Source of the DNA: Candidatus Omnitrophota bacterium
Lineage (GTDB): Bacteria > Omnitrophota > Gorgyraeia > Zapsychrales > Fredricksoniimonadaceae
Direction of reading: 5' to 3'
Length of the DNA stretch: 64,000 nucleotides
Assembly (NCBI GenBank): GCA_015232565.1
Contig: JADFZK010000010.1
Coordinates: forward strand, 987-64,986
The position numbers and the translations under genes were made by a program. Position 1 is the stretch's first letter, and each line of letters starts with the position of its first letter. Under the pieces are notes generated by a model. The model made no database searches, was not told the DNA's origin, and saw only the letters and a list, made by a program, of their open reading frames with translations. This document shows, in pieces, positions 44,571-52,051 of the stretch.

Positions 44571-46181
44571 TTACTTAATAGCCATATGCGCCACGTTCGG
44601 ATCCTGCGCGGCGTTATTTTGCGCCTGATTAACCTGCGCCTGGTAATTCGGGAACTGATTGTTGGGCATAGCATTCGCATTATTAACCGCACCCGCCGTC
44701 GGCGCTATTTGATGGCAATTCGAACATACCCCGCGATAATTATGCGGCAGTGAAGCGTTAGCGGGGATCGTGATATCCGGATTGACCACATGGCAGTTCT
44801 CGCACACTCCCCGGAACTGGTGGAGCATGGCGGCATCCCGGAAGATCGGCGGCGCATTACCCAGCCCGGCGGGCCCCGGCGCGGCATTCATCGCCCCGCC
44901 ATTTTGGGCCAGAGCCACCCGCGCGGCCGAAGCCGTGCGCTTCATGATCTGCCCGCAATTCGGGCAACGCGGAAATTCATTGGCGCCCTGCTGGGAATGC
45001 ATCAGCCAGTTACAATTGGGGCACTGGAACGTGCCCATCATATCGGGATTCGGGCTGAAGAAATTAGCCTGCTGGGCCGGCACTTCCGGCGCCTCAACAA
45101 AAGGATTTACGATCTTGTTCGGATTATACATATCCAGCGCCATCTGGCCGCCGCAATTGGGGCACGGGGGAAAAGCGTTGCCCTGGCGCGCCGCCTTCAT
45201 ACGCCAGTTGCACGTGGGGCACACAAAAGCCTGCTGGCCCCAGTTAAACAAACCCACCTGTTGCATTTGATTCGGCACCAGGCAATTAGGCTGGTTCATG
45301 ATCTGCATACCATAGTTCATGCCCTGGGCATTCTGCATACCCTGGCCAAAACCCGCTCCCGCTCCACCCTGGAGCATGCCGCCCTGAACCCTGGCCGGCA
45401 AAGGACACGGCACCTGGTTCATGCCCATGCCCTGTTGCACCGGAGCGCCCATCGGCATGCCCTGGTTCATACCGCCCTGCGGCATCTGGCCCGGCAGAGG
45501 ACACGGCACCTGATTCATGTTCATGCCCTGGCCTTGGGCCCGCATATTTTGCATCCCCACATCCGCCGGAATGCCCTGCGGCATCATATTCGACACCATC
45601 GGACAATTGGGCCCGATGCACGGCGGCATTCCCGGAGCCATAGCTCCCGGAGCTTGCGCCGGATTATTAGGCAACGGCGCTGCTGATATCCTTGCCTGGC
45701 GGTACAAAGAAATAACTTTCTGCGCCCGGCCCTGATACCCGCCGAAAACCCGGATGCCAAACTGCAGTAAAACATTGTAGGTCTGCTGATCCACACTGCC
45801 CACGATAACCGCTTCCTCGCCTTTACCGGCGATCAGATAGGTCAGCTGGGTGTTGGGCTGTTGCCCGAGGTACGGGTTCTTGATAACTTCCAAAAGCTTT
45901 TTGCTCAGGGGATTGACCACCAAAAAATACCGCGCTTCAGGTAAAGTGGGCGCCACCGTGGACGCCAGCGAGCGGCCATTGGCCGCGATCACGATCTTGC
46001 CGCAAGCCGGATTGCCCCGCGCCGCGTTCTGCGCTTCGGAAGAAAACAGTGCGTAAACCCCCACGATCAAGATCAGAATGATCGCGCCGAAAATAAAAAT
46101 TGTGTTAAGGTCGGCGCTCTGAAACCGGGCCTTGATATCATCCAAAGTGATCTTAACCAGCTTTTGCGGCGTTTTAACCAT
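44571..46181 (-). CDS. Multidomain membrane protein with NifX-like domain, Met/Gln/Gly-rich linker, two zinc ribbons and two C-terminal magnetochrome CXXCH motifs
   Basis: A TM segment is followed by KIVIAANGRSLASTVAPTLPEARYFLVVN...AVIVGSVDQQTYNVLLQFGIRVF, which is PF02579-like. Next come an M/Q/G/P-rich low-complexity region and two zinc ribbons (CPTCNW...CPNCGG and CPNCNW...CPNCGQ). The C-terminus has PPIFRDAAMLHQFRGVCENCHVV and LPHNYRGVCSNCHQI. Confidence 0.65.
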   Translation of the reverse strand: MVKTPQKLVKITLDDIKARFQSADLNTIFIFGAIILILIVGVYALFSSEAQNAARGNPACGKIVIAANGRSLASTVAPTLPEARYFLVVNPLSKKLLEVIKNPYLGQQPNTQLTYLIAGKGEEAVIVGSVDQQTYNVLLQFGIRVFGGYQGRAQKVISLYRQARISAAPLPNNPAQAPGAMAPGMPPCIGPNCPMVSNMMPQGIPADVGMQNMRAQGQGMNMNQVPCPLPGQMPQGGMNQGMPMGAPVQQGMGMNQVPCPLPARVQGGMLQGGAGAGFGQGMQNAQGMNYGMQIMNQPNCLVPNQMQQVGLFNWGQQAFVCPTCNWRMKAARQGNAFPPCPNCGGQMALDMYNPNKIVNPFVEAPEVPAQQANFFSPNPDMMGTFQCPNCNWLMHSQQGANEFPRCPNCGQIMKRTASAARVALAQNGGAMNAAPGPAGLGNAPPIFRDAAMLHQFRGVCENCHVVNPDITIPANASLPHNYRGVCSNCHQIAPTAGAVNNANAMPNNQFPNYQAQVNQAQNNAAQDPNVAHMAIK

Positions 46182-46250
46182 GTGAACTCCGTCGTTATTT
46201 TAATAATTACCAACCACCGGCACAACTGCAAGACTTGATACAAAATCGGC

Positions 46251-46844
46251 TTATCTGACCACCGGGCCGTACTGGAAAGCCTGGCCCAAAAGCGGCGAGC
46301 CTAACTGCCAACTGCCTTTATTCGGCCCCATCAGGGGGCCATATTTATAAGCGAAGGGAATACTGATGTATGTGTTCTCGCCGTTCCGAAAAATATCCAG
46401 CAAGATCCCGCCGGTGAACCGGGAGCCGTTCGCCACCTTGATAAACTCGCCCTGCGTAGGTACCGCCCGGCGGCTGATAGAAACAATAACGTCCCCGGTC
46501 TTAACCCCGTACTTTAAGGCTTCCTGGGTACCCTCGCTGATAACGAACATCCCGCGGATCCGGGCCGGGATCTTGAATTCTTTCCTGATGACTTTGGAAA
46601 GCTCGGCGACCTCCATACCCAGCCAGATCATACTGCCGCCCGGCTTTATGACTACCGGCGTAACCGCTTCCCGGGCCTCGGCCGCTTCCGGCAAAACTTC
46701 CGCCGCCCGCAAAGAAGCCACCAGCCAGGAAAACCCTATAACCACCGCCAGCACAATACCGCCCAAAACGAGCGGCTTATGCCGCGCAAACTCGACCGAG
46801 CGCTGGACTATTTTCTGCAGTGGGGTCTGAACTTTATGTTTCAT
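46251..46844 (-). CDS. Membrane-anchored PDZ-domain protein
   Basis: One TM segment is followed by a PDZ domain (GMFVISEGTQEALKYGVKTGDVIVSISRRAV). Confidence 0.5.
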   Translation of the reverse strand: MKHKVQTPLQKIVQRSVEFARHKPLVLGGIVLAVVIGFSWLVASLRAAEVLPEAAEAREAVTPVVIKPGGSMIWLGMEVAELSKVIRKEFKIPARIRGMFVISEGTQEALKYGVKTGDVIVSISRRAVPTQGEFIKVANGSRFTGGILLDIFRNGENTYISIPFAYKYGPLMGPNKGSWQLGSPLLGQAFQYGPVVR

Positions 46845-48214
46845 TGTAATTTAACCAGGACCTCGTCGGCCTTGCCATTGCGCAACAAGCGCACGTTCAC
46901 ATTGTCGCCCGCCTTGAAATGGGTGACCACTTTGGGTATGTCGCCGGTCTCGGTAATTTCCACTCCCGCTACGGACAGGATAATATCCCCGCGCATGATC
47001 CCCGCAATAGCCGCCGGCGAACCATCAAGAATGCGGTTCACCAGCACGCCCTTGCCGACGGGTATGCCATACTGCTTGGCAATAATGGAATCCACCGCCA
47101 TGACCTCGATACCAAAATGCACCGGCACCGGGCCTTGCTGAAGGTGGCTGAATTTGGTAAGCGCCACGTTCACCAGGCCTTTTTTATCCAGAGGCACGGC
47201 GTAGCTCTTGCCCAAATTGGCCGAAAGGAAATCTTTGCAATTATTAATGGGGATCGCGAACCCCGTACCGCTGAAAACACCCGTCGGCGCATAGATCGCT
47301 GTATTGATACCGATGACCTCGCCTTTCATGTTCACCAAGGGCCCGCCGGAAGAACCGCGGTTGATGGAAGCATCGGTCTGAAAAAGATCCTTGTAACGCA
47401 CACCGTCGATCACCATGGATTTGCGATTGCCGCTGATTATGCCGCTGGTCACCGTTTGCTCGATGCCGAACGGACTGCCCACCGCCACCACATAATCGCC
47501 CACCTGGGTCCAGCTGGAGTCACCGATCTTGGCCTCCACAAACGGCCCGTCGGTAGTTTTAAGCTTTAACAAGGCCAGGTCCGCATTGGCATCCTGCGCC
47601 ACGATCTCGGCCGGATAATCGCGGGCCGGAGTGCCGAACACCGTCACCATTACATCGGTGGCGTCCTGGGTAACGTGATAATTGGTCAGGATATAACCGC
47701 GATCGTCGACGAACACGCCGGAGCCGATCTTTTCGTAACCTTTGTTGGCAATAAATTTGTCGATCACGCCGTCAAAGGGCGGCACGAACTTGAGGTTCTG
47801 CGCATCGACCACCGGCTGGCGCGCCGCCCGCGGGATACGCCGGGCATGGATATCGCACACCGTCGGAATAATGGAATTTACCGCGTCCTTGAGAGAATCC
47901 TGAAACCCGCCGCCATTCACCTGCGCGGCCACCAGCTGCATGCCGCCGTTAGGCGTAGCCTTGGTAAGCCCCGCCCGCTGAAGGTTAGGATCCACGGCCA
48001 TGGCCGCCGGCATAACATTCCTGGGAAAAGACGGCTCCCCCACCATGGAGGTAACAGCCTTGGGCACATTGGGAGTTTCGAATTCGACGGGGGTAAAGAT
48101 CTCCTGCCTTTTAAGCACCACCCACAGCACCGACATTACCGAAACGCCCACCAGCCCCAGGATCCAGGGTCGGATAGACTGATTACAAAATTCGTCATTA
48201 TGATCGTCTGGCAT
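46841..48214 (-). CDS. mamE: HtrA/DegP-family serine protease with C-terminal PDZ domain, membrane-anchored (MamE/MamO-like)
   Basis: His is at LTNYHVT, Asp at ADLALLKL, and the nucleophile motif reads GSSGGPLVN. The PDZ domain is GVLVNRILDGSPAAIAGIMRGDIILSVAG. An N-terminal TM segment is present. Confidence 0.8.
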   Translation of the reverse strand: MPDDHNDEFCNQSIRPWILGLVGVSVMSVLWVVLKRQEIFTPVEFETPNVPKAVTSMVGEPSFPRNVMPAAMAVDPNLQRAGLTKATPNGGMQLVAAQVNGGGFQDSLKDAVNSIIPTVCDIHARRIPRAARQPVVDAQNLKFVPPFDGVIDKFIANKGYEKIGSGVFVDDRGYILTNYHVTQDATDVMVTVFGTPARDYPAEIVAQDANADLALLKLKTTDGPFVEAKIGDSSWTQVGDYVVAVGSPFGIEQTVTSGIISGNRKSMVIDGVRYKDLFQTDASINRGSSGGPLVNMKGEVIGINTAIYAPTGVFSGTGFAIPINNCKDFLSANLGKSYAVPLDKKGLVNVALTKFSHLQQGPVPVHFGIEVMAVDSIIAKQYGIPVGKGVLVNRILDGSPAAIAGIMRGDIILSVAGVEITETGDIPKVVTHFKAGDNVNVRLLRNGKADEVLVKLQ

Positions 48215-48228
48215 TCAAAAACCCCGCG

Positions 48229-48450
48229 TTAAAATAATACCTTGGCTGAACCGGTGGTATCCGCTATTACCGGAGCCGGAACGGTTTGCACCGCGCTCCG
48301 GGGCGCCTTATGTACGCGCTTCTTGGCCCGGCGCCGGGCCGCGCTGTCCTTGGTCTCAAAAAAGACCGCGCCCGCAATGACCACGCAAACCACCACGATC
48401 ACCATGAACCCGAACCACGGACTAAAACATTTTTCGCTCTTGCCAAACAT
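48229..48450 (-). CDS. Small single-TM protein with basic tail (MamL-type candidate)
   Basis: This 73-aa protein has one TM segment (FGFMVIVVVCVVIAGAVFF) followed by RRRAKKRVHK. Confidence 0.35.
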   Translation of the reverse strand: MFGKSEKCFSPWFGFMVIVVVCVVIAGAVFFETKDSAARRRAKKRVHKAPRSAVQTVPAPVIADTTGSAKVLF

Positions 48451-48505
48451 GGCTCACCCGTTTTTTACCGATTGATCAAAGCCGCTACGTTCAAGTCCTG
48501 AAAAA

Positions 48506-48676
48506 TCACTTCTTCTCTTTGAGGAATTTCAAACCAGTATTAAGAGCCACCAGACCGCCAATGAAAATAGCCAAAGGCATGGCGCCGCGCAGAAAATCGC
48601 CGAAATTATCCCACCAGCCAATGATACCGATAATGCCCAGAACTGCCGCGATCGAACCACCAATAATATGAACCAT
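48506..48676 (-). CDS. Small (56 aa) two-TM protein, MamI-like candidate; below the ORF-track size cutoff
   Basis: It is preceded by a GGAGAAACAC Shine-Dalgarno site before the ATG. The translation is MVHIIGGSIAAVLGIIGIIGWWDNFGDFLRGAMPLAIFIGGLVALNTGLKFLKEKK. It fills a gap between coupled genes. Confidence 0.4.
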   Translation of the reverse strand: MVHIIGGSIAAVLGIIGIIGWWDNFGDFLRGAMPLAIFIGGLVALNTGLKFLKEKK

Positions 48677-48723
48677 GTGTTTCTCCTTCCCTTACGAGTT
48701 AATGAAACCCTGCCCACTGTATT

Positions 48724-49128
48724 TTAAACGTGTTCTACCGGATGAACTTTATGCCCCAACGCGGCAATATATTTACCGGAAAGAAAAGCGCCCTGTTTCA
48801 CAATATTGCCAAACTTGTGTTTCTGCTTCTCCAGGAATTGCCCAACCGCTACCGGCTCCTTGGCCCGCGCACCAAGCTCCAGCAAAGCCGCAGCCGCGGG
48901 TTCAACCGGAACCGCAGACGAAACCGCACCCGCTGAAAAATCAGCAGGTTGATCATTAACATGACTTTTTTGGAGAAGTTCCAGAACAGCGGTGCGGGGT
49001 ATACGCTGATGGCCGCCCAGAGTAGCTTCGGAACGCAGCTTGTTCTTCTTGACCCAGTTAAGGACCGTGAAGCGGGTGACGTGAAATATTTTGGCAGTTT
49101 CAGAAGTAGTTAAATAATCTGTCTGCAT
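48724..49128 (-). CDS. Excisionase/MerR-type HTH (HTH_17) regulator, first gene of the biomineralization operon
   Basis: LTTSETAKIFHVTRFTVLNWVKKNKL...GGHQRIP is the same HTH_17 type as the N-terminus of 7827..8414. Confidence 0.6.
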   Translation of the reverse strand: MQTDYLTTSETAKIFHVTRFTVLNWVKKNKLRSEATLGGHQRIPRTAVLELLQKSHVNDQPADFSAGAVSSAVPVEPAAAALLELGARAKEPVAVGQFLEKQKHKFGNIVKQGAFLSGKYIAALGHKVHPVEHV

Positions 49129-49361
49129 TTAAGCTTGGGTCCTAACTCTTTATGAAGTATGAAATTATGTATGTGCTAAATTTACCCGAACAACGAATTT
49201 ATAAAGTATAAATTGCAATATTTAAAAGGCAACAATTTTTGCTGTTTTTGAATTTTGTAAAGTATATATATTCAATAAAAACAAGTCAAGAAAAGTTTTA
49301 AACAGAATTGATTTTTAAAGGCAGGATTGTTGAAATCGTTGAACTTCGGGCGGAGAGCGGA
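49129..49361. promoter_or_regulatory. Strongly AT-rich promoter region upstream of the long minus-strand operon
   Basis: About 200 bp are much more AT-rich than the flanks (taaattgcaatatttaaaaggcaacaatttttgctgtttttgaattttgtaaagtatatatattcaataaaaac). Confidence 0.5.
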
Positions 49362-50198
49362 TCAGAGAAAAGCGTTGGTGCGGTAAAAAGCCAGGCGGCC
49401 TTCAACATTTTCCACGATCAAAGCTTCAACATTTTTTTGTGCGCGGACAAACTCGATTCCCCGGGCGCCACCCATTACACAAAGAGCGGTAGACATTTCG
49501 TTAGCGGCTTGAGTGGAATCCGCAATGACCGTAACACTGGCCGCACCGGTTTGCGGATAACCACTGCGGGGGTCAATAATGTGCGCGTATTTCTGGCCAT
49601 TGATCAAGGCAAACTTTTCGTAATTCCCGGAAGTGGAGACCCCGCGCCCGTTTAACTCTATATCCTGCAAGACCTTTTCTTTGTGAAAAGGGTCCTGCAC
49701 TCCAACCTTCCAGGCATATTCACCCTTGTTCAAACCGCGGGCAAAGATCTCGCCGCCGCCATCAACCATAAAATGTTCCACCCCGGCTTCTTCCATAATA
49801 GCGGCCACCTCATCACAGAAGTATCCGGAAGCCGGCGAACCCAGATCGATCATCAGGCCTTTTTTCATAAAAAACACCTGATCCGGCGCTACGAAACGTA
49901 AATTCTGATAGCCGACTTTGGCTTTGGCGATATTAATGGTGTCCGGATCCGGAAGGCGGTTATTGACTGCGGCTTCCTGCCACAGCTTGACCAGCGGGAA
50001 AATGGTCATATCGTAAGCGCCGTTGGTCAAACGGGCGTATTCCATGGAACGCGAAAGTATCTTGTAAAGATCCGCCTGGACCCGCACGCCTTCAAAACCC
50101 AGGGCGTTAAGCCAGGCCAGGTTACCCTCCTTCAGACCGGCATGAACATTAATGTTCTGCTGAATATTCTCGGCTTTTTGCCAGCAGGCGCGGGACAC
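49362..50198 (-). CDS. ApbE-family FAD:protein FMN transferase, apparently N-terminally truncated
   Basis: The core motifs AYDMTIFPLVKLW, GLMIDLGSPASGY, HFMVDGGGEI and VSTSGNYE are present. An in-frame stop lies 7 codons upstream of the first Met. No signal peptide or first beta-hairpin is present. A repeat element lies ~115 bp upstream. Confidence 0.6.
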   Translation of the reverse strand: MSRACWQKAENIQQNINVHAGLKEGNLAWLNALGFEGVRVQADLYKILSRSMEYARLTNGAYDMTIFPLVKLWQEAAVNNRLPDPDTINIAKAKVGYQNLRFVAPDQVFFMKKGLMIDLGSPASGYFCDEVAAIMEEAGVEHFMVDGGGEIFARGLNKGEYAWKVGVQDPFHKEKVLQDIELNGRGVSTSGNYEKFALINGQKYAHIIDPRSGYPQTGAASVTVIADSTQAANEMSTALCVMGGARGIEFVRAQKNVEALIVENVEGRLAFYRTNAFL

Positions 50199-50312
50199 CC
50201 CGGCAATATCGATCCCCGGCTTATAAAAACAATGGATCCAGACAGTAGTCCCAAAGTAAGGCCGGATCTCATAATATTCGGTTAAAAATGTTGAAATTGT
50301 TGAATCCTTCCG

Positions 50313-50466
50313 CTAGTGTGGTGATTCACATATCTCTTTACATTTGAATCACCACACTGGAGCAATGGAGCAATCGAAAATGGAGAAATATTAAAACATT
50401 TGGCTCCATTGCGGTCTATTTTCGATTTTCCAATGCTCTTCAAATGTAAAGAAGCGTCAGACACAC
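50313..50466. repeat. 154-bp imperfect-palindromic repeat element, copy 1
   Basis: It has a 13-bp stem hairpin (gtgtggtgattca N16 tgaatcaccacac) plus an extended imperfect palindrome. It is more than 95% identical to 57919..58072. Confidence 0.75.
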
Positions 50467-50539
50467 AACTCTAAATAATACATGTTTAGCGAATAGAGAG
50501 ATTGAATCATTTTCGCTAAATATATACACTAAACAAGCG

Positions 50540-51307
50540 CTAATATCTTAAATATTTGCGACACAGGCCGGTTAAATACAGCGGAACCGTGAATATGCCA
50601 ATGAAAGATTCCATGACCGCTACGATCTTGGTAAAACCTACCGGAGACATGTTCTCGGGGCCCACCTTGGTATAACTGGTAAAGCTGAAATATATAGCCT
50701 GAATCAGGCTGGGCTCAACTATCACTCCATCCCGGCTCAAATGCCCGTAGGTATAAAAAATCGCGCAGATCAATATGAAAACCAAACCAAACCCTACCGT
50801 ACGATGCGGCCGCTCACCATAGCCCCATAATAAGGAAGCGAAGGTTAAGGAGATCAGGGGTATTATCCGCTTGCTGAAGAACTGCAGGTTAAAACCAATA
50901 CCCACATTGTCCTTGGTCTTTTTGGTGCGGAACAGATCCTGGATCAAAAACTGCCGGTAAGCCTCCTTGGACTTGAACAGGCACTCGGAAAGTGAAGTAT
51001 TATCATGATCGCGCTCATAGGCAATAGCGGCATACTTGTAAAGCATAGCCGAATATTCCAGGTCCCGGGAAGCCTCGGCCTCCAGAGCCGCTTCCTCATA
51101 TAGTGAAGCCACGCGATGATAAGTTTTTTCTCCCAGGATCAGAGCCCGGCTGCTGGCCGCGGCCGCCAGGCAAATAGCCGCCCGGTCATGCTTTTCCTGC
51201 CGCTGAAAAGCCTTGGCGGCTTGCAAATAACGCTCGCCGGCTTCCGCGTACTTCTCTTCACCCAGCAATTCGTGGGCTTCCTGTTCCAGGGTCTTGCGCT
51301 CGGGCAT
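50540..51307 (-). CDS. Ion-channel-like membrane protein (Ion_trans_2-type pore region) with N-terminal helical cytoplasmic domain
   Basis: The C-terminal AIYFSFTSYTKVGPENMSPVGFTKIVAVMESFIGIFTVPLYLTGL resembles a 2-TM pore module with a degenerate selectivity filter. Confidence 0.4.
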   Translation of the reverse strand: MPERKTLEQEAHELLGEEKYAEAGERYLQAAKAFQRQEKHDRAAICLAAAASSRALILGEKTYHRVASLYEEAALEAEASRDLEYSAMLYKYAAIAYERDHDNTSLSECLFKSKEAYRQFLIQDLFRTKKTKDNVGIGFNLQFFSKRIIPLISLTFASLLWGYGERPHRTVGFGLVFILICAIFYTYGHLSRDGVIVEPSLIQAIYFSFTSYTKVGPENMSPVGFTKIVAVMESFIGIFTVPLYLTGLCRKYLRY

Positions 51308-51309
51308 AC

Positions 51310-51642
51310 TTAAAAACTCCTTAAAGCCTCTTGATGGCTTTCGAACATTTTGAACAGCTTGTGGACCTTGGTGATCTCAAAAACATTCACGATCTTTTTG
51401 TTCACATGGCACAGGCACATACGGCCATTAACCTTGCCCAGGTTCTGGCACACCTCGATCAAAGCGGCAATGCCCGAACTGTCAATGAACGGCACCTTGG
51501 CAAAATCTATAAGCACCTTGGCATTCCGCTCTTTTAAAATGGGCTTGAAGGTTTCCTTGAACTTGTGGGCGCTTTCCATATTAAGCTCACCCTCCAGCAC
51601 AATAAGCCGGATATCATTGATCTTTTCGAATTTAATGTCCAC
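51310..51642 (-). CDS. STAS-domain anti-sigma-factor antagonist (SpoIIAA/RsbV-like)
   Basis: This 110-aa protein has the motifs IDFAKVPFIDSSGIAALIE, with the conserved phosphorylatable Ser in the DSSG context. Confidence 0.8.
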   Translation of the reverse strand: MDIKFEKINDIRLIVLEGELNMESAHKFKETFKPILKERNAKVLIDFAKVPFIDSSGIAALIEVCQNLGKVNGRMCLCHVNKKIVNVFEITKVHKLFKMFESHQEALRSF

Positions 51643-52051
51643 CGGATCGGTCTCCTGTTAATGGCATAACCATTTTAATAGTGCGGCCGCCATTGGAAAA
51701 ATCTACCGCACCCATGGTCTGCCGGATCAAATATATTCCCCGGCCATGATTCTTGCCTATATTCTCCGGAGCGGTAGGATCGGGCACCGCGCCGGGGTCA
51801 AACCCCTGGCCCTGATCGGTAATTTCCACGGCCAGGCAGCGGGGATCGGCCGCTATCTTAACCCACACCGCCAAATGCTTGTTACATTTATTGCCATGCT
51901 TGATGGCGTTTATCAACGCCTCCTGCAAACACAACTTCAGGCCGAATACCTGATCGTCATTGAGCCCCAGCGGCCGCAAACGCCGCAGCCACGCCTCAAT
52001 AAAAACAGGCGCCCGGTCGGGATCGGAAGGCAGTTTTTCCTCAATTAGCAT
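51632..52051 (-). CDS. Anti-sigma regulatory factor Ser/Thr kinase (RsbW/SpoIIAB-like, HATPase_c)
   Basis: The motifs EALINAIKHGN and GRGIYLI fit a GHKL ATPase fold. The gene overlaps the STAS gene. Confidence 0.75.
   Translation of the reverse strand: MLIEEKLPSDPDRAPVFIEAWLRRLRPLGLNDDQVFGLKLCLQEALINAIKHGNKCNKHLAVWVKIAADPRCLAVEITDQGQGFDPGAVPDPTAPENIGKNHGRGIYLIRQTMGAVDFSNGGRTIKMVMPLTGDRSGGH

Noticed and set aside
50282-50464. Near-identical small ORFs MSDASLHLKSIGKSKIDRNGAKC... at 50282..50464 and 57876..58070
   Set aside because: They are conserved only because they lie inside the two copies of the 154-bp palindromic repeat. No Shine-Dalgarno site is present, and the hairpin structure dominates the sequence.
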